Shown here: in pieces, positions 13,479 through 25,596 of the stretch | How the letters are laid out: every line of letters starts with the position of its first letter | Position numbering within the stretch: position 1 is the stretch's first letter | NCBI RefSeq assembly: GCF_001194135.2 | Contig: NC_068992.1 | Coordinates: 8,405,743 to 8,469,414, forward strand | Direction of reading: 5' to 3' | Length of the DNA stretch: 63,672 nt | From: Octopus bimaculoides | Lineage: Eukaryota | The notes under the pieces: model-generated | Database searches by the model: none | Told to the model about the DNA's origin: nothing | What the model saw: only the letters and a program-made list of their open reading frames with translations | Made by a program: the position numbers and the translations under genes

Positions 13479-13789
13479 GTAAGAATGTTATGATTCATTC
13501 AAATACTAATCTGCATTTATTTATTTTTTTATCATTCTCCAGATCTTTGCTTTTCATAATGATGGCTTCTTAGTGCTACTTTGTCAGTCCCACCAGGCAT
13601 TACATTGAGAATGGCCAACTAAAATTGAAGACAGAGATGTCTCATTCTCAGTAGCATCAATACTAGGGATCAAAAGCCAGACAGCTGCTCTGACAATGAT
13701 CACACTCGGACAGTGCTGTTAGCACTCCACTGGCACAGGTGCCAGTCATCGAATTTGGTTCAATTTCGATTTTGATTTCATAAATGATG

Positions 13790-13825
<36 letters not shown>

Positions 13826-13984
13826 GTCATTAGCACTTGAGACAAAGTGAATGCTTAGCAGCATTTCTTCTGGTTCTTTACATTTTGAGTTCATTTTATC
13901 CTTTGAGGATCAGTAACATAAGCTCCAGTTGAGCACTAGAATCAATGTAATTGACTAACCCCTCCATCAAAAATTGTTGGCCTG

Positions 13985-14212
13985 GTACCAAAATTTGAAA
14001 CTATTAAAGGCAGTGAGCTGGCAGAACCATTTGTATGTCAGAGAAAATCCTTAGCAGCGTTTCCAAAGGCTCTTTACATTTTGAATTTAAATGCTGTTGT
14101 GGCCAACTTTGTCTTTCATCCTCTCCAGGTTAATGAAATAAAGAACCAGTCAAGTACTGGAGTTGTTGTAATCACTTAAAATTGCTGACCTTATGCCAGA
14201 TTTTGAAACCAT
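13985..14212 (+). mobile_element. SINE family B copy ending about 35 bp upstream of an NCX exon
   Basis: aaggcagtgagctggcagaa...ttgtctttcatcct...aagtactgg homologous to 28871-29092. Confidence 0.7.
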
Positions 14213-14247
14213 TGTTATGATTTTTAAAAAATTATTTTATTTCCTAG

Positions 14248-14371
14248 AGCCAGGAGAATTCTTGTTTGAATCAGCGTATTGCCATGCAGATATGAAAAAG
14301 GGGAGTGTTACAGCAATTGTTCATCGTGAAGGTGGTTTTGACAGCACTGTCTCAGTGCAGTATCAAACGAT
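14248..14371 (+). CDS. NCX: NCX-like exon, CBD2 start: (E)PGEFLFESAYCHADMKKGSVTAIVHREGGFDSTVSVQYQT(M)
   Basis: ttttatttcctag acceptor, AT|gtaag donor, phase 1 to 2; equivalent to NCX HAG.F.FE...V.R..G...V.V.Y.T. Confidence 0.93.
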
Positions 14372-14566
14372 GTAAGTTGTTAAATGCTAATATATTATAA
14401 ATTAAGCCTTAAAAACCATTTCTTTAATTTTCAATATTTTAAATATCAAATATTGTGTCAATTAATGTCCTAATCATAGAATTTTGTTTTGTTTAATCAT
14501 TATTTTCTTCTGATTAACTTTATTATTACCAATATACTATTCTATACACCACCAAAAAAGTATTAT

Positions 14567-14597
<31 letters not shown>

Positions 14598-14612
14598 CTT
14601 GATACTTGAACA

Positions 14613-14679
<67 letters not shown>

Positions 14680-14808
14680 GTATGTATATATGCCTGTTCA
14701 AGTATCATAATAGCATGAAACTATTAATAGCTCTTTCAAATGTGTATTTAAATTGATATTTATTTCTCATTGGATGGACTTTTTTGTTGATTCTACCTCT
14801 ATTGGATC

Positions 14809-14857
<49 letters not shown>

Positions 14858-15876
14858 GCTTATTGGCAAAGTCATTAGAATGTTGGACCAACTGCTTCAT
14901 GGTATTTCTTCTGACTCCCTGAAAGTTGAATCCAAGTACCACCAAAGACAACTTTGCCTTTCATCCTTTTAGATTCTTCAAGCCAAGCCAACTGGCAGGA
15001 GACCAAGAGATAAATCAAGAAAAAAAATGGATAAATAACATCCATAGTATCAGTTAGTCATGCTTAGGAATCCAGTTGGAGAGTCTAATGAAGGTTACTT
15101 CTAACAGTATCCTATGGAGGAGGTGCCGGAGGATTGCACACACCCCTCCTACAACTCCCAGGACCAGTAGAAGGAGAATATTAATGGATGGGGTTAATGA
15201 ATAAAGTACCATCTTTGGCAGATGATTGTTAAGCAGGATGCTTTACTGTGTATCTCTTCCATGTGTCCTGAATTCAAATTCCACTTCTTGTGACTGGATT
15301 AAAAAACACAGCAACACTTGTACAGTTGCTGCTGACAGATAGTATCAGCAAAGACAAAAAGCCAATTGAACCATAGTTTCTATGGTTCAACTAAAATATC
15401 GGTTCCCACCATAAATGCAGATAAAGACATATCCTTTATCTCATTGCAAATTTAAAATTGTTTGTGCTTCTTGTAAACAAAGAATAAAGCATTTTTAGTT
15501 CCAAATAATATTCCAGTTAATGGCAAGGTTACTACATTTTTGACCCAAGAGCACAACAAATGTCCAGCAGCTTCTGTGATTGATATTGATGTACTTTTGT
15601 TATATTAATAGATGTGTCTATAATAAATTTGAAATCACATAGGAAGATATAACTTCATACAAAATACATAAAATACATTTAAACAACCAATTTATAGTTT
15701 TATCTAATGTTAACTAATTTAATATATATGTTCCCAACAGTGATTCCATTACCAATTTTTTGTTTCCTTTATTCATTTTTATGACTGATAATGGGAGAAT
15801 ATCAACGATAGTCAATATATTTGATAGCTGTGTATGTACGGATGCAAATACATGAATATGTATGAATACACACACA

Positions 15877-15941
<65 letters not shown>

Positions 15942-15996
15942 GTTTATATGTGTATGTATCTATGTATGCATTTACATGCATATATGTGCATATATA

Positions 15997-16034
<38 letters not shown>

Positions 16035-16036
16035 GT

Positions 16037-16187
16037 GCAGGAGTGGCTATGTGGTAAGTAGCTTGCTTACCAACCACATTGTTCCAGGTTCAATTCAATG
16101 CCACCTTAGGCAAGTGTCTTCTACTATAGCTTAAGCAGACCAAAGCGTTGTGTGTGGGTTTGATAGATGGAAATTGAAAGTAACCCA

Positions 16188-16233
<46 letters not shown>

Positions 16234-16400
16234 GTATGGATATGTTTGTGTGTCTATGCTTGTCTTCCCACCACAGCTTGACAACCAATGTTGGCATGCT
16301 TACATCCCTGTAACTGAGTGGTTTGGTAAAAGAGACTGATAGAAAAATACAAGGCTTACAAAGAATAAGTCCTGATGTTAATTTGTTCGACTAAAGGTGG
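16037..16400 (+). mobile_element. SINE family A copy
   Basis: Homologous to the reverse complement of 5913-6322. Confidence 0.8.
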
Positions 16401-16747
16401 TTAGCATTTTCTGTGATCTAGATCTGATTCTAGACTGCAGTCAATCCACCTCATTTATGCTATTAATTAATACTCCCAAGGTTGCTAGTTGAGTGGTTAC
16501 AGTGGCAGATAAAATGCTGCATTCTTTATGCTCTGAGTTCAACTCCCACTGAGGCCACCTTTGCCTTTTATCTTTCCAAGGCCAATAAAATAAAGTACCA
16601 ACCAAATATTGTGTCTACTGGTAGTAATTAACCCCCTCCCCTCAAAATTTATGGGAGACCATTAATCAGTACTCCCAGAAAATATCAACTGTGATGCAAT
16701 AGGAGTATTTATTCATTTAAACCATTCTAAAACCTTTCTTTTAACAG

Positions 16748-16877
16748 GGACGGAACAGCATGTGGAGGCAATGAGCTGGGTTCAGGTGTTGATTACATTG
16801 CAACTAGGGACATTTTGACATTTTCTGATGGAGAAATAACAAAAGCTATCACTATTGATGTCAATACTGATGTGAAG
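16748..16877 (+). CDS. NCX: NCX-like exon, CBD2: (M)DGTACGGNELGSGVDYIATRDILTFSDGEITKAITIDVNTDVK
   Basis: tttcttttaacag acceptor, AAG|gta donor, phase 2 to 0; DGTA.GG...DY...L.F..GE..K.I Calx-beta signature. Confidence 0.93.
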
Positions 16878-16898
16878 GTAAAAAAAACGTATTCTGCA

Positions 16899-17213
16899 TT
16901 TGATTGTTTGATTGATTTATGGTTCAGTTCTATATTTAAGAGATGAGGAATTATGTACATTATTTACATATTTTCATTCGATGGATATTTGTCCTCATCT
17001 TGTTTGTTGTTAACACAATGTTTCGGCTGATATACCCTCCAGCCTTCATCAGGTGTCTTGGGGAAATTTCGAACCTGGGTTCTCATTCCTAAGGTATTTT
17101 TTGATGTTATTATTATCATTATTATTCAGGTCACTGCTTGGAATCAAACTCGGAATCTTGGGGTTAGTAGCCCACACACTTAACCACTACGCCATATGCC
17201 CAGGTTCGAAATT
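16899..17213 (-). mobile_element. tRNA-headed SINE-like retroposon carrying a hammerhead-ribozyme-like core
   Basis: Minus strand: A box TGGCGTAGTGG (17194-17184), B-box-like AGTTTGATTCC (17150-17140), (AAT)n spacer, CTGATGA...GAAAC core, 3' body ending in a TCAA-type simple tail; body repeated at 34981-35062. Confidence 0.75.
17012..17057 (-). ncRNA. Minimal type I hammerhead ribozyme motif, probably decayed in this copy
   Basis: GACAC-CTGATGA-A-GGCTG(GAGGGTATAT)CAGCC-GAAAC-ATT-GTGTT: stem I GACAC/GTGTT, stem II GGCTG/CAGCC; stem III ACAT instead of palindromic ACGT. Confidence 0.6.
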
Positions 17214-17239
17214 ACATTACTGCAAAATCTGACACTGTT

Positions 17240-17920
17240 TCAGGCAGACACGGCTAATTTCCTTGAACATTTCCTAAGCTAGGGTTTATCATTTTCAGTT
17301 AAAGACAAAGAGACGATCCATGCGGTGGAACACCCCTCCTCACTGACTCCAAAGAAGACCAAAGTCATTTCATGTGTTCATGTGCAGGGAATGTGATAGC
17401 CTCAGTTTTTTAGGATGCAAAAGGCATTGAGTTTATCGACCATCTTCAAAAGGGCCACGCCATCAATGGAGTGTACTATGTCGACTTGCTGAGGCAGTTA
17501 TGAAAGGCCATCAAGATCAAACACCCAGGAAAACTGATAAAAGGGGTCTTGTTTCATCAGGACAAAGCTCCAGCACACAAATCCTTGCTTTCGATGGCTG
17601 CTGTGTATGACTGGCTTTGAACTGATTGATCAATTCTCCCTATTTTCCAGATTTGGCCCCATCTGATATCATCTATTCCCAGGGGAATGAGTATCACAGC
17701 GATGATGACATCATATATGGTGTTAATAGCTTCTTTGACAATCAGGATCGAAGCTTCTTCACCAATGGGATCCAAACACAGCAACACCAATGGAAAAAGT
17801 GTTTGGACCACAGGGGATACTATGGTGAAAAATAAACCTCCTTTGATGAGAGTATCTTGATGAGATATTCCGTGAGAGTATCTTGGTCAGCCTATGAACT
17901 TTTTAGCTGACTCTTTTACA
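17240..17920 (+). mobile_element. Mariner transposon 3' fragment (degraded DD34D-type catalytic domain plus right TIR)
   Basis: Reads VIASVF*DAKGIEFID...FHQDKAPAH...SPYFPDLAPSD; TIR TCAGCCTATGAACTTTT at 17887-17920; stops and deletions. Confidence 0.85.
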
Positions 17921-18245
17921 TACTTACATATATCTATATCAGTGTGCAAGGAAAGAAAGAGAGAGAGAGAGTCAATGAAATGATCCTTGAAACTATGCTT
18001 TTATATATTAATATAATTACATATATTTTCTGTGTGTGTATGATACACATATATATTATATATATACATACCATTCACATACAGAAATTACAGCCACCTT
18101 GTATTTCTATGTCAGGAAATATTTAGACTCTATTCTTGTATTGAGTTCTTTTGTTTGTGGATGTTACCTGTTGTTTTTAATTTCATTTTAACAACACTAA
18201 CTTCATATATATGTATGCACACACACACACATATGTATACATTCT

Positions 18246-18334
<89 letters not shown>

Positions 18335-18395
18335 ACACATACTCACACACACACATATCTATACATTTCATTTTCTTTCTTTCTTCTCATTAAAG

Positions 18396-18486
18396 ATATG
18401 CAAAAATTTCATAATTGTTCTGAGTAATCCTGACAATGGAGCCAGAATCGGTGAACGCAGTGCTGTTGTATGCTTCATGAATAACG
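18396..18486 (+). CDS. NCX: NCX-like exon, CBD2 end: ICKNFIIVLSNPDNGARIGERSAVVCFMNN(D)
   Basis: Long pyrimidine tract ending taaag, G|gtaag donor, phase 0 to 1; F.I.L.NP..GA.IG pattern. Confidence 0.9.
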
Positions 18487-18859
18487 GTAAGTTCACACAT
18501 GTTTCTGATAACTCTACACATCCACACACAGTTACCCTTTGTCTCTGCATGCATCTTTCTTTCTCATTGTCATTAGTTTTATCTTGAAGATGATTATTTT
18601 CCTCTTTACTTTTTCTTTGTTCCTGTCATTTTCTCTTTCTTCTATCTGTATGCATTCATGCATTCTTTATAATTTTCCATCCATAGCTTCTTTTTTTTTT
18701 TGTTCCTGCCTATCTTTTCCTTTTTAATTCTTCCTTTTTTCTTCTTTATCTTCTTCTTTTGGTTTACATTGTTGTTGATGTCATGGTTCTCGTTGCTGTT
18801 AGATTGCCATCTCTAATTGCAATGAATGCTCTCAAATATGAGTGTACTTAAGAATAAAA

Positions 18860-18913
<54 letters not shown>

Positions 18914-19084
18914 CTATCACCAATTTGAATAAATAATAATAATTATCAATAATACATTTACAATGTCCGCTCTTATGGTAACAGCTGTAACCCAATTGAT
19001 TGATCTATGTAGGACAAAATTTTGCTTCAGGTATCAGGGTTACACTCAACAAGATAAGAGAAAAGATGCAGAACTCAAAGAATT

Positions 19085-19099
<15 letters not shown>

Positions 19100-19128
<29 letters not shown>

Positions 19129-19324
19129 TAATAATAATGATAATAATTCTGGCACAAGGCCAGCAATTTCGAGGGAGGGAATAAGTCATTTACATCAACC
19201 CTAGTGTTCAGCTGGTACTTATTTTATCAACACCCAAAAAGGATGAAAGGCAAAATTGACTTCAGCAGAATTTGAATTCAGAATGTAAAGACAGACGTGC
19301 TAATGATTCTACCAGCTCACTGCC

Positions 19325-19330
<6 letters not shown>
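19100..19330 (-). mobile_element. SINE family B copy between (AAT)n tracts
   Basis: Homologous to 28871-29092. Confidence 0.75.
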
Positions 19331-19361
<31 letters not shown>

Positions 19362-19397
19362 TAATAATAATAATAACAATAATAATAATAATAATAA

Positions 19398-19428
<31 letters not shown>

Positions 19429-19876
19429 AAGACTATTTTTATTGGTAACAAGAGCCACAAAAGACAAATTCAGAACAATACAAAGATGAAGGACAATGGG
19501 GATTTATTGTGTTGTCAAATAAATTTGTTCTTTTTTCTTTCCTTATTTGGTACTCAATTGTCATTTGTCTGAAAAGCAATAAAATTTATTCAGATTTCAA
19601 AAACGATAGACAAAAGTTGTAGAGAAAGAACAGAACTACAAGAAGAAAAAAAATCAGAAAACACTACAATAACATTATTTTTTTCATGTACATCAAATAA
19701 TACTGGAAAATATGAAAAATAAATGGGGAAGAAAAAAAAAGACGAACGAATTTATCTGACAACCTAAAACACAAACATGTGTAAACAATAAAAACAAAAT
19801 CCCTCCAATAGTGGGGAAATAACAATCAGGGCAATGAAAGAACTCAAAGATCCCAAGTTACCCTGATCACCAGGTG

Positions 19877-20050
19877 TACAAGAATGGGCTGAAAAGTTCA
19901 TAGGCTGACCATGATGCAATGATCGAACTTGACCGAATGTGTTTTATTTTTTGACATATTCTCCCTTGTGGTCCATACACTTCTTCTATTGGTGTTGCAG
20001 CGCTTGGATTACTGTGGCATAGAAGCTCTTATCCTGACCCTCAGAAATGT
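19877..20050 (-). mobile_element. Second mariner 3' end of the same family, inverted
   Basis: Reverse complement gives SFYATVIQALQHQ*KKCMDHKGEY plus the TIR, homologous to about 17745-17920. Confidence 0.8.
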
Positions 20051-20548
20051 CCTCAGTGGGAGGGTATAGACACAAAAACATACACACATATATAATGAAC
20101 TTGCACACACTTTACACCTACCAAATTAACTCACAAAGCATTGATCGGCTCAGGGCTACAGTATATGAGCCATGGCCAGGATACCATGCAGTGAGACAGA
20201 ACACAAAACCACATGAATGCAAAGCAGGCTTCTTAACCACACAGCCATGCCTATGCCACTTGTGTTGATATATCTTTTCACAATTGTTCAGATTCTATGT
20301 CTGTTGTGTTGAACAATTTCATCTACAGTGATTCCTTCACTTCCCATTATATTCCTCAGAATTCTTCAACTTTTCTTGTGTGCTGTATTGATGCCAATTT
20401 TATTTTTACCTATTTCCCATTAGAATCATTTTGGAAATGGAGTCAAAATATTTCTTTTGTTTGCGGAATCACTTTACATCTTTATTTTGATAAACTTGGT
20501 AGAAAGCCAAACCCTGTCACCTTCTTATTTATGGTTGCTTATTTTGTT

Positions 20549-20776
20549 TTAACCTTTTAGCATTCAGATTCCTCTGTCAAATGTAATACTTATTTATTCA
20601 CATCATTTTGAATTAATCATGCATTATCTCGTAGCTTTCAGATTTCAATAATGTGATTGCATACTTTTAGAATGACATTGTAGGATAGGTGTGAGAGGCT
20701 AGATCTGGAGAGTTTGAATATGAAACAAGCCAAATATTTGTGTCTGATATGACTGGTTTAAATGCCAAGGGATTAA
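20549..20776 (+). mobile_element. TTAA-flanked MITE (piggyBac-like ends)
   Basis: TTAA-CCTTTTAGCATT...AATGCCAAGGGA-TTAA; other copies at about 870-1068 (-), 3690-3798, 28458-28639 and 42250-42474. Confidence 0.75.
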
Positions 20777-21880
20777 TATCAAGAGAAGAATTGCTTCTTT
20801 GTGCCTTAATTGATTGAATTGACAATGGTCATATCTTTTAATTCATTTTCTATCTTTTAGCAATCGTTGACTCCCAGATTATTTCCTTGATTTTTTTTTC
20901 AAGCTAACTTCTTCATGTGATGTTTATATTTGGGTCTGTTTTCATTAAATCTGCAATGGCTATGTTTGATTGATACCGTTGTTATACATCTCTGAGGTTT
21001 GTCCTAGGGAGGTATTTCGTTTATCCACTGGACAGTCTATCGATTTTAAGTCCTTAATTATCTCTGCTTTTTTGATCAACTTGTTCATCATTTCCTTTTT
21101 TTAATTTCCTGTTCTGATATATATTCCTTGAGAGTTATGTCTTTATTCGAGTTGTTATGGTTGGCCTTTTGTTAATTAGTATTCTGTGGGCATTCTAGAG
21201 TTTGATTTTGTTATTTACTTTCTTTTGCATCAGTCTGTTTTCATGGCTTATGTATTCACTATTTGTGTTTTCATTATGCAGTCTTTGTTTTAAGTGCTCT
21301 ATTTCCATTTCAGATGATTTGAGATTTTTCTCGCTTTATTTATTATTTTTTTCTTGACTTTGAGAATGTCTCTTCTTAAGTTGTTTATAGTATTACTGTT
21401 GTTGTTATTGCCACTCTTATTTTTTTTTTTACTTGTTGTTGAAATCTGTAACACAGTTGCAGAGAAGTTTAGATTTCACCAAGTTTCACTCAAAAACTAT
21501 TCATTTATTTATTTTGACAGTGAAGGTTTTGGGAGCATATGACTGTCCATAACATTGCCTTGGAGGATAATAATGTTTGGCTTAGACATTCAATATATTT
21601 CGTAAAAATTGCTTTATTCATATCAGGCACAAAGACCTGATATTTGAGGAAAGAGTACAATCGATTATATAAACTTCAGTACTTGACTGGTATTTTATTT
21701 CATTAACCTCTAAGGGATGAAAAACAAATTTGTCTTTGACTAGATTTGAACTTAGAATGTAAAATACCAAAACATATACTACAAGACATTCTATCTGACT
21801 CTCATACAACTGTGCCAAACCACCGTCCTTATAATAATTTCTTGAAGTAAAATCTCAGTCATCCATACATACAAGCATGT

Positions 21881-22132
21881 CCTTTACAGTTCCAGTACCA
21901 CGTAAAATGCACTTGTGCCAGTGCGGCATAAATGCACCTGTGCTGGTGGCACATAAAAAGCACTCAGCACACTTTCTAAAGTGGTTGCCATTAGGAAGGT
22001 CATCCAGCCATACAAACCATACCACAACAGACAATTGGAGTCTGGATAGCTCACTAGCTGGCCAGCTCCTATCAGACTGTCCAACCCATGCCAGCATGGA
22101 AAAAGGACATTAAATGATGATGATGATGATGA
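21881..22132 (+). mobile_element. Family D copy (older)
   Basis: Homology to 3392-3687. Confidence 0.75.
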
Positions 22133-24076
22133 CAGGCACAAAGTCAAATATTCTGGAAGAGGAGACAATTAGTTCCATCGTGGACTTATGATTGTAAGAT
22201 TGTGGTTTCAATTCTTGGACTGAGCAACACGTGTTTTTCATTAAAACACTTCATTTCACATTCCTCCAGTCCACTCAGCCAGCAATACAGACATGGGGAG
22301 GGAGAGACAGAGATAGGAAGAGGGAAAAGAGATCAGGACAGAGATATAAAGAGAGGGAAAGAGAAGAAAGATCATCTCGTCTTGAGTTAGTCAGGAAAAT
22401 GGAGAAATATGAAGAGACAAGAGATTATGAAGGGTTCCAGGATGGTCAGGACTTCTGCAATTTATTTGTTATATTTTAAACCACTGAGCCATCAAGAGGA
22501 ATTCTCTGTATAAATGAATGTCTAATGTTGGAGTAAATAAATTAAAGTTGACATTCCAAGATCAGTTGAAAGGGTTGTTTAGTGTCACAGAATGTAATAG
22601 TATTGATCTTTTTTGCTGCCATTACTCATACAGCACTGCTGATCAGATTTAATGTTTGGATATTCTCGATTAAAAACAAATATTGTCATCTCTGATTCTG
22701 TTTTATAACCAGAATCTGTGAGCGAAAAGATTAGGTTTTATGGATGGATAAATCGAGAGATTGTTAGATGGATGGAGGGATATGATAGGTTTGAAATGGA
22801 TAGATAAGCAGGTAAGCAGACAAACTGACAAGTCAACAAGTCGGCAAAGAGACAGACAGACACACAGACATAGATGGAGTGTTTTTATAATGGAATTGAC
22901 ATTAACTAGAAGGCCTAATACAAAATTTCTCTAAATATTTACTTTCATTTTTATATTCATAAATCAAATTCTTCCAGAATTGATGTCATCTTCCATCCCA
23001 CCAGGTTTTGTTAAAATAAAATAAATGCTAGTTGTTACTGTTTAGACTTTTGGTCAGCTTTTACACAGCAGACTTTGAAGAGTGAAATAGGTCAGACATA
23101 GAGGGAGCAGATATGTGATCAAAGATTCAGTCCAAGGCTTTGACACATTAGGCACCAGCTCATTGGTATATACAAAGATCAGCCCTGTAGTAGATTTATA
23201 TCTAGCATGACACAACTAACTTAGGTCTAAATCATCTAGATCAGCCTTGATAGAGTGGGAATATGATCAATAATGGTTTATTTGTGAGCATCTTTTTTCA
23301 GACATAGTTCTTCCCTCTGATAAGATAGTAAGGTTTGGTTTGAGGGAGATATGGCTTTATTTGATGCAGTCCAATAATAACATTAAGGTTACTTCATATT
23401 GGTTTCAAATATTTGACCTATCTCTTCTTTCTCGTCATATACATCTCTCCTCCCACCATCTATCTGCAAATACTACAAATACCTTCTCAAATTTTTATTT
23501 ACACCACAAAGCACTTTTAAACGAGCAGTGCAGATTCCATGGCTTCATACTTTGAAATGTCTAAACATGAACTGCTATTGGAACTTACATACCATGTACA
23601 GGAAACTTTTTTACCACTTCTATACACCATTTTTCTCAAACAATTCAACTGCAACTACAATATCTTTATGTATCTTATTTCTAATTTCATTCTCTTATTT
23701 CCCGCCATATTCCCTATCTCCTCCTTTTCCATAATAATTCGGACTCAAATATTTCCTCTCTTTAACCTTCTTACACCGCTTCTGGTGAAGGGATATCCAT
23801 AATATCCCAGAAACAGCTGTAAAGCTATTTCTTTATAAATGTCCTGAAAACTCCTCACAGCCTTCACTTTGTTATCTATGATATATATACATATATATAT
23901 AAACCACAGTGACACATAAGAAGCATTGGTGCTGGTGCCAAGTAAAAAGCACCCAGTACACTCTGTAAGGTGGTTGATATTAAGGAGGGCATCCAGCTGT
24001 AGAAACCAAGTCAAAACAGACTATGGAACCTAGTGCAATACCCTCAAAGCCAGGAACTTTTCAACACCCACTTGTG

Positions 24077-24154
<78 letters not shown>

Positions 24155-24907
24155 TAAGCCATTGAAAGCTTTCAAGGTCTGAGAATTTGTGTTTGACACT
24201 AGTCAACTTGATAAGTGCCACACATGAAACTCCTGTTTTTCAAGTTACTTTTGTAACTTTTCTGCCAATTTTTCCTTTTATTTAAAACAACAGTGTGTAA
24301 GTTAATCAAAAATTTGGCTGTTATTTCTAGCTAGTTGACTTGATAGAACCTTTTTCATTAGCTTCAATCTATAAGTACCAGTAATTTACCTGGATTAATT
24401 CAATTGACTACACCACTTCCTCTCAACGCCACATTTGTGGTTTCTGCCATTATTGAAAGAAGTCAATAGAATGCAAATAAATTGCTTAGAGTCAGAAATA
24501 CTATACTTTCAGCATTGTGACAAAACAAGAACTGACGAAAATGATACATCCAACCTTTGTTACACAATGCTGTCTGATAAGATTGATTTTCAAGTATTTC
24601 AAAGTATGAATTCGTAGCATAACACATAAGTGCTTGGATGTAACTTCTCAATGCCGGCAGTTGTTTCTGTTGGTAGAGAAACGTGAAACGTCAAGTATTG
24701 AATGTTTACGATAGGGTAAACTTTGCGTTTGTTGGTTTAAAAATCAATGTCATGTTAAATGTGTTGTATACTATGTCCATGAACACTGTAGACAATTCTA
24801 AATAGCCCCAGAATTGCTTAACAAGTATTTTTGCTACTAGTAGTAAATTCTCAATATACACCTCGTTTCATAGGCATGCTGAAATATGTGTGTGTGTATA
24901 TGTGTGA

Positions 24908-24938
<31 letters not shown>

Positions 24939-25133
24939 AAAGAGAGAGAGAGAGAGAGAGAGAAGCCAATATTCAGAATTTATAACTTCAAAAGACACAC
25001 ACATGTAGAAATATATATTGTATGATCATATGCATGTGTATGTGTCTGTATATATGTATGTGCATGCTTACATACACACATATAGGCCACCCCAAGCCAG
25101 TATGGGAATCAGACATTGTTAAATGTGAATGAT

Positions 25134-25167
<34 letters not shown>

Positions 25168-25172
25168 GATAC

Positions 25173-25233
<61 letters not shown>

Positions 25234-25309
25234 GATACGTATATATATATATACACACACAGGCACACATACATATATATATATATATGGCCTTGTAGGG
25301 TTTTCGAGC

Positions 25310-25563
25310 GAGATCGTTGCCAGTGCCCCTGGACTGGCTCTTGTGCGGGTGGCACATAAAAGACACCATTTCGAGCGTGGCCGTTTTCGTGCGGGTAACA
25401 CGTAAAAGCACCCACTACACTCTCTGAGTGGTTGGCGTTAGGAAGGGCATCCAGCTGTAGAAACTCTGCCAAATTTAGATTGGAGCCTGGTGTTGCCATC
25501 CGGTCTCACCAGTCCTCAGTCAAATCGTCCAACCCATGCTGGCATGGAAAGCGGACGTTAAAC

Positions 25564-25594
<31 letters not shown>
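25310..25594 (+). mobile_element. Family D copy
   Basis: High identity to 3392-3687 and 11563-11851. Confidence 0.85.

Positions 25595-25596
<2 letters not shown>

Noticed and set aside
17120-17201. Possible tRNA gene
   Set aside because: A and B boxes are present but there is no complete cloverleaf; it is a SINE head, as are the other tRNA-like segments in the window
24660-24700. GAAACGTC hammerhead-like 3' half
   Set aside because: The upstream core reads CTGTTGG and stem II is absent; too degenerate
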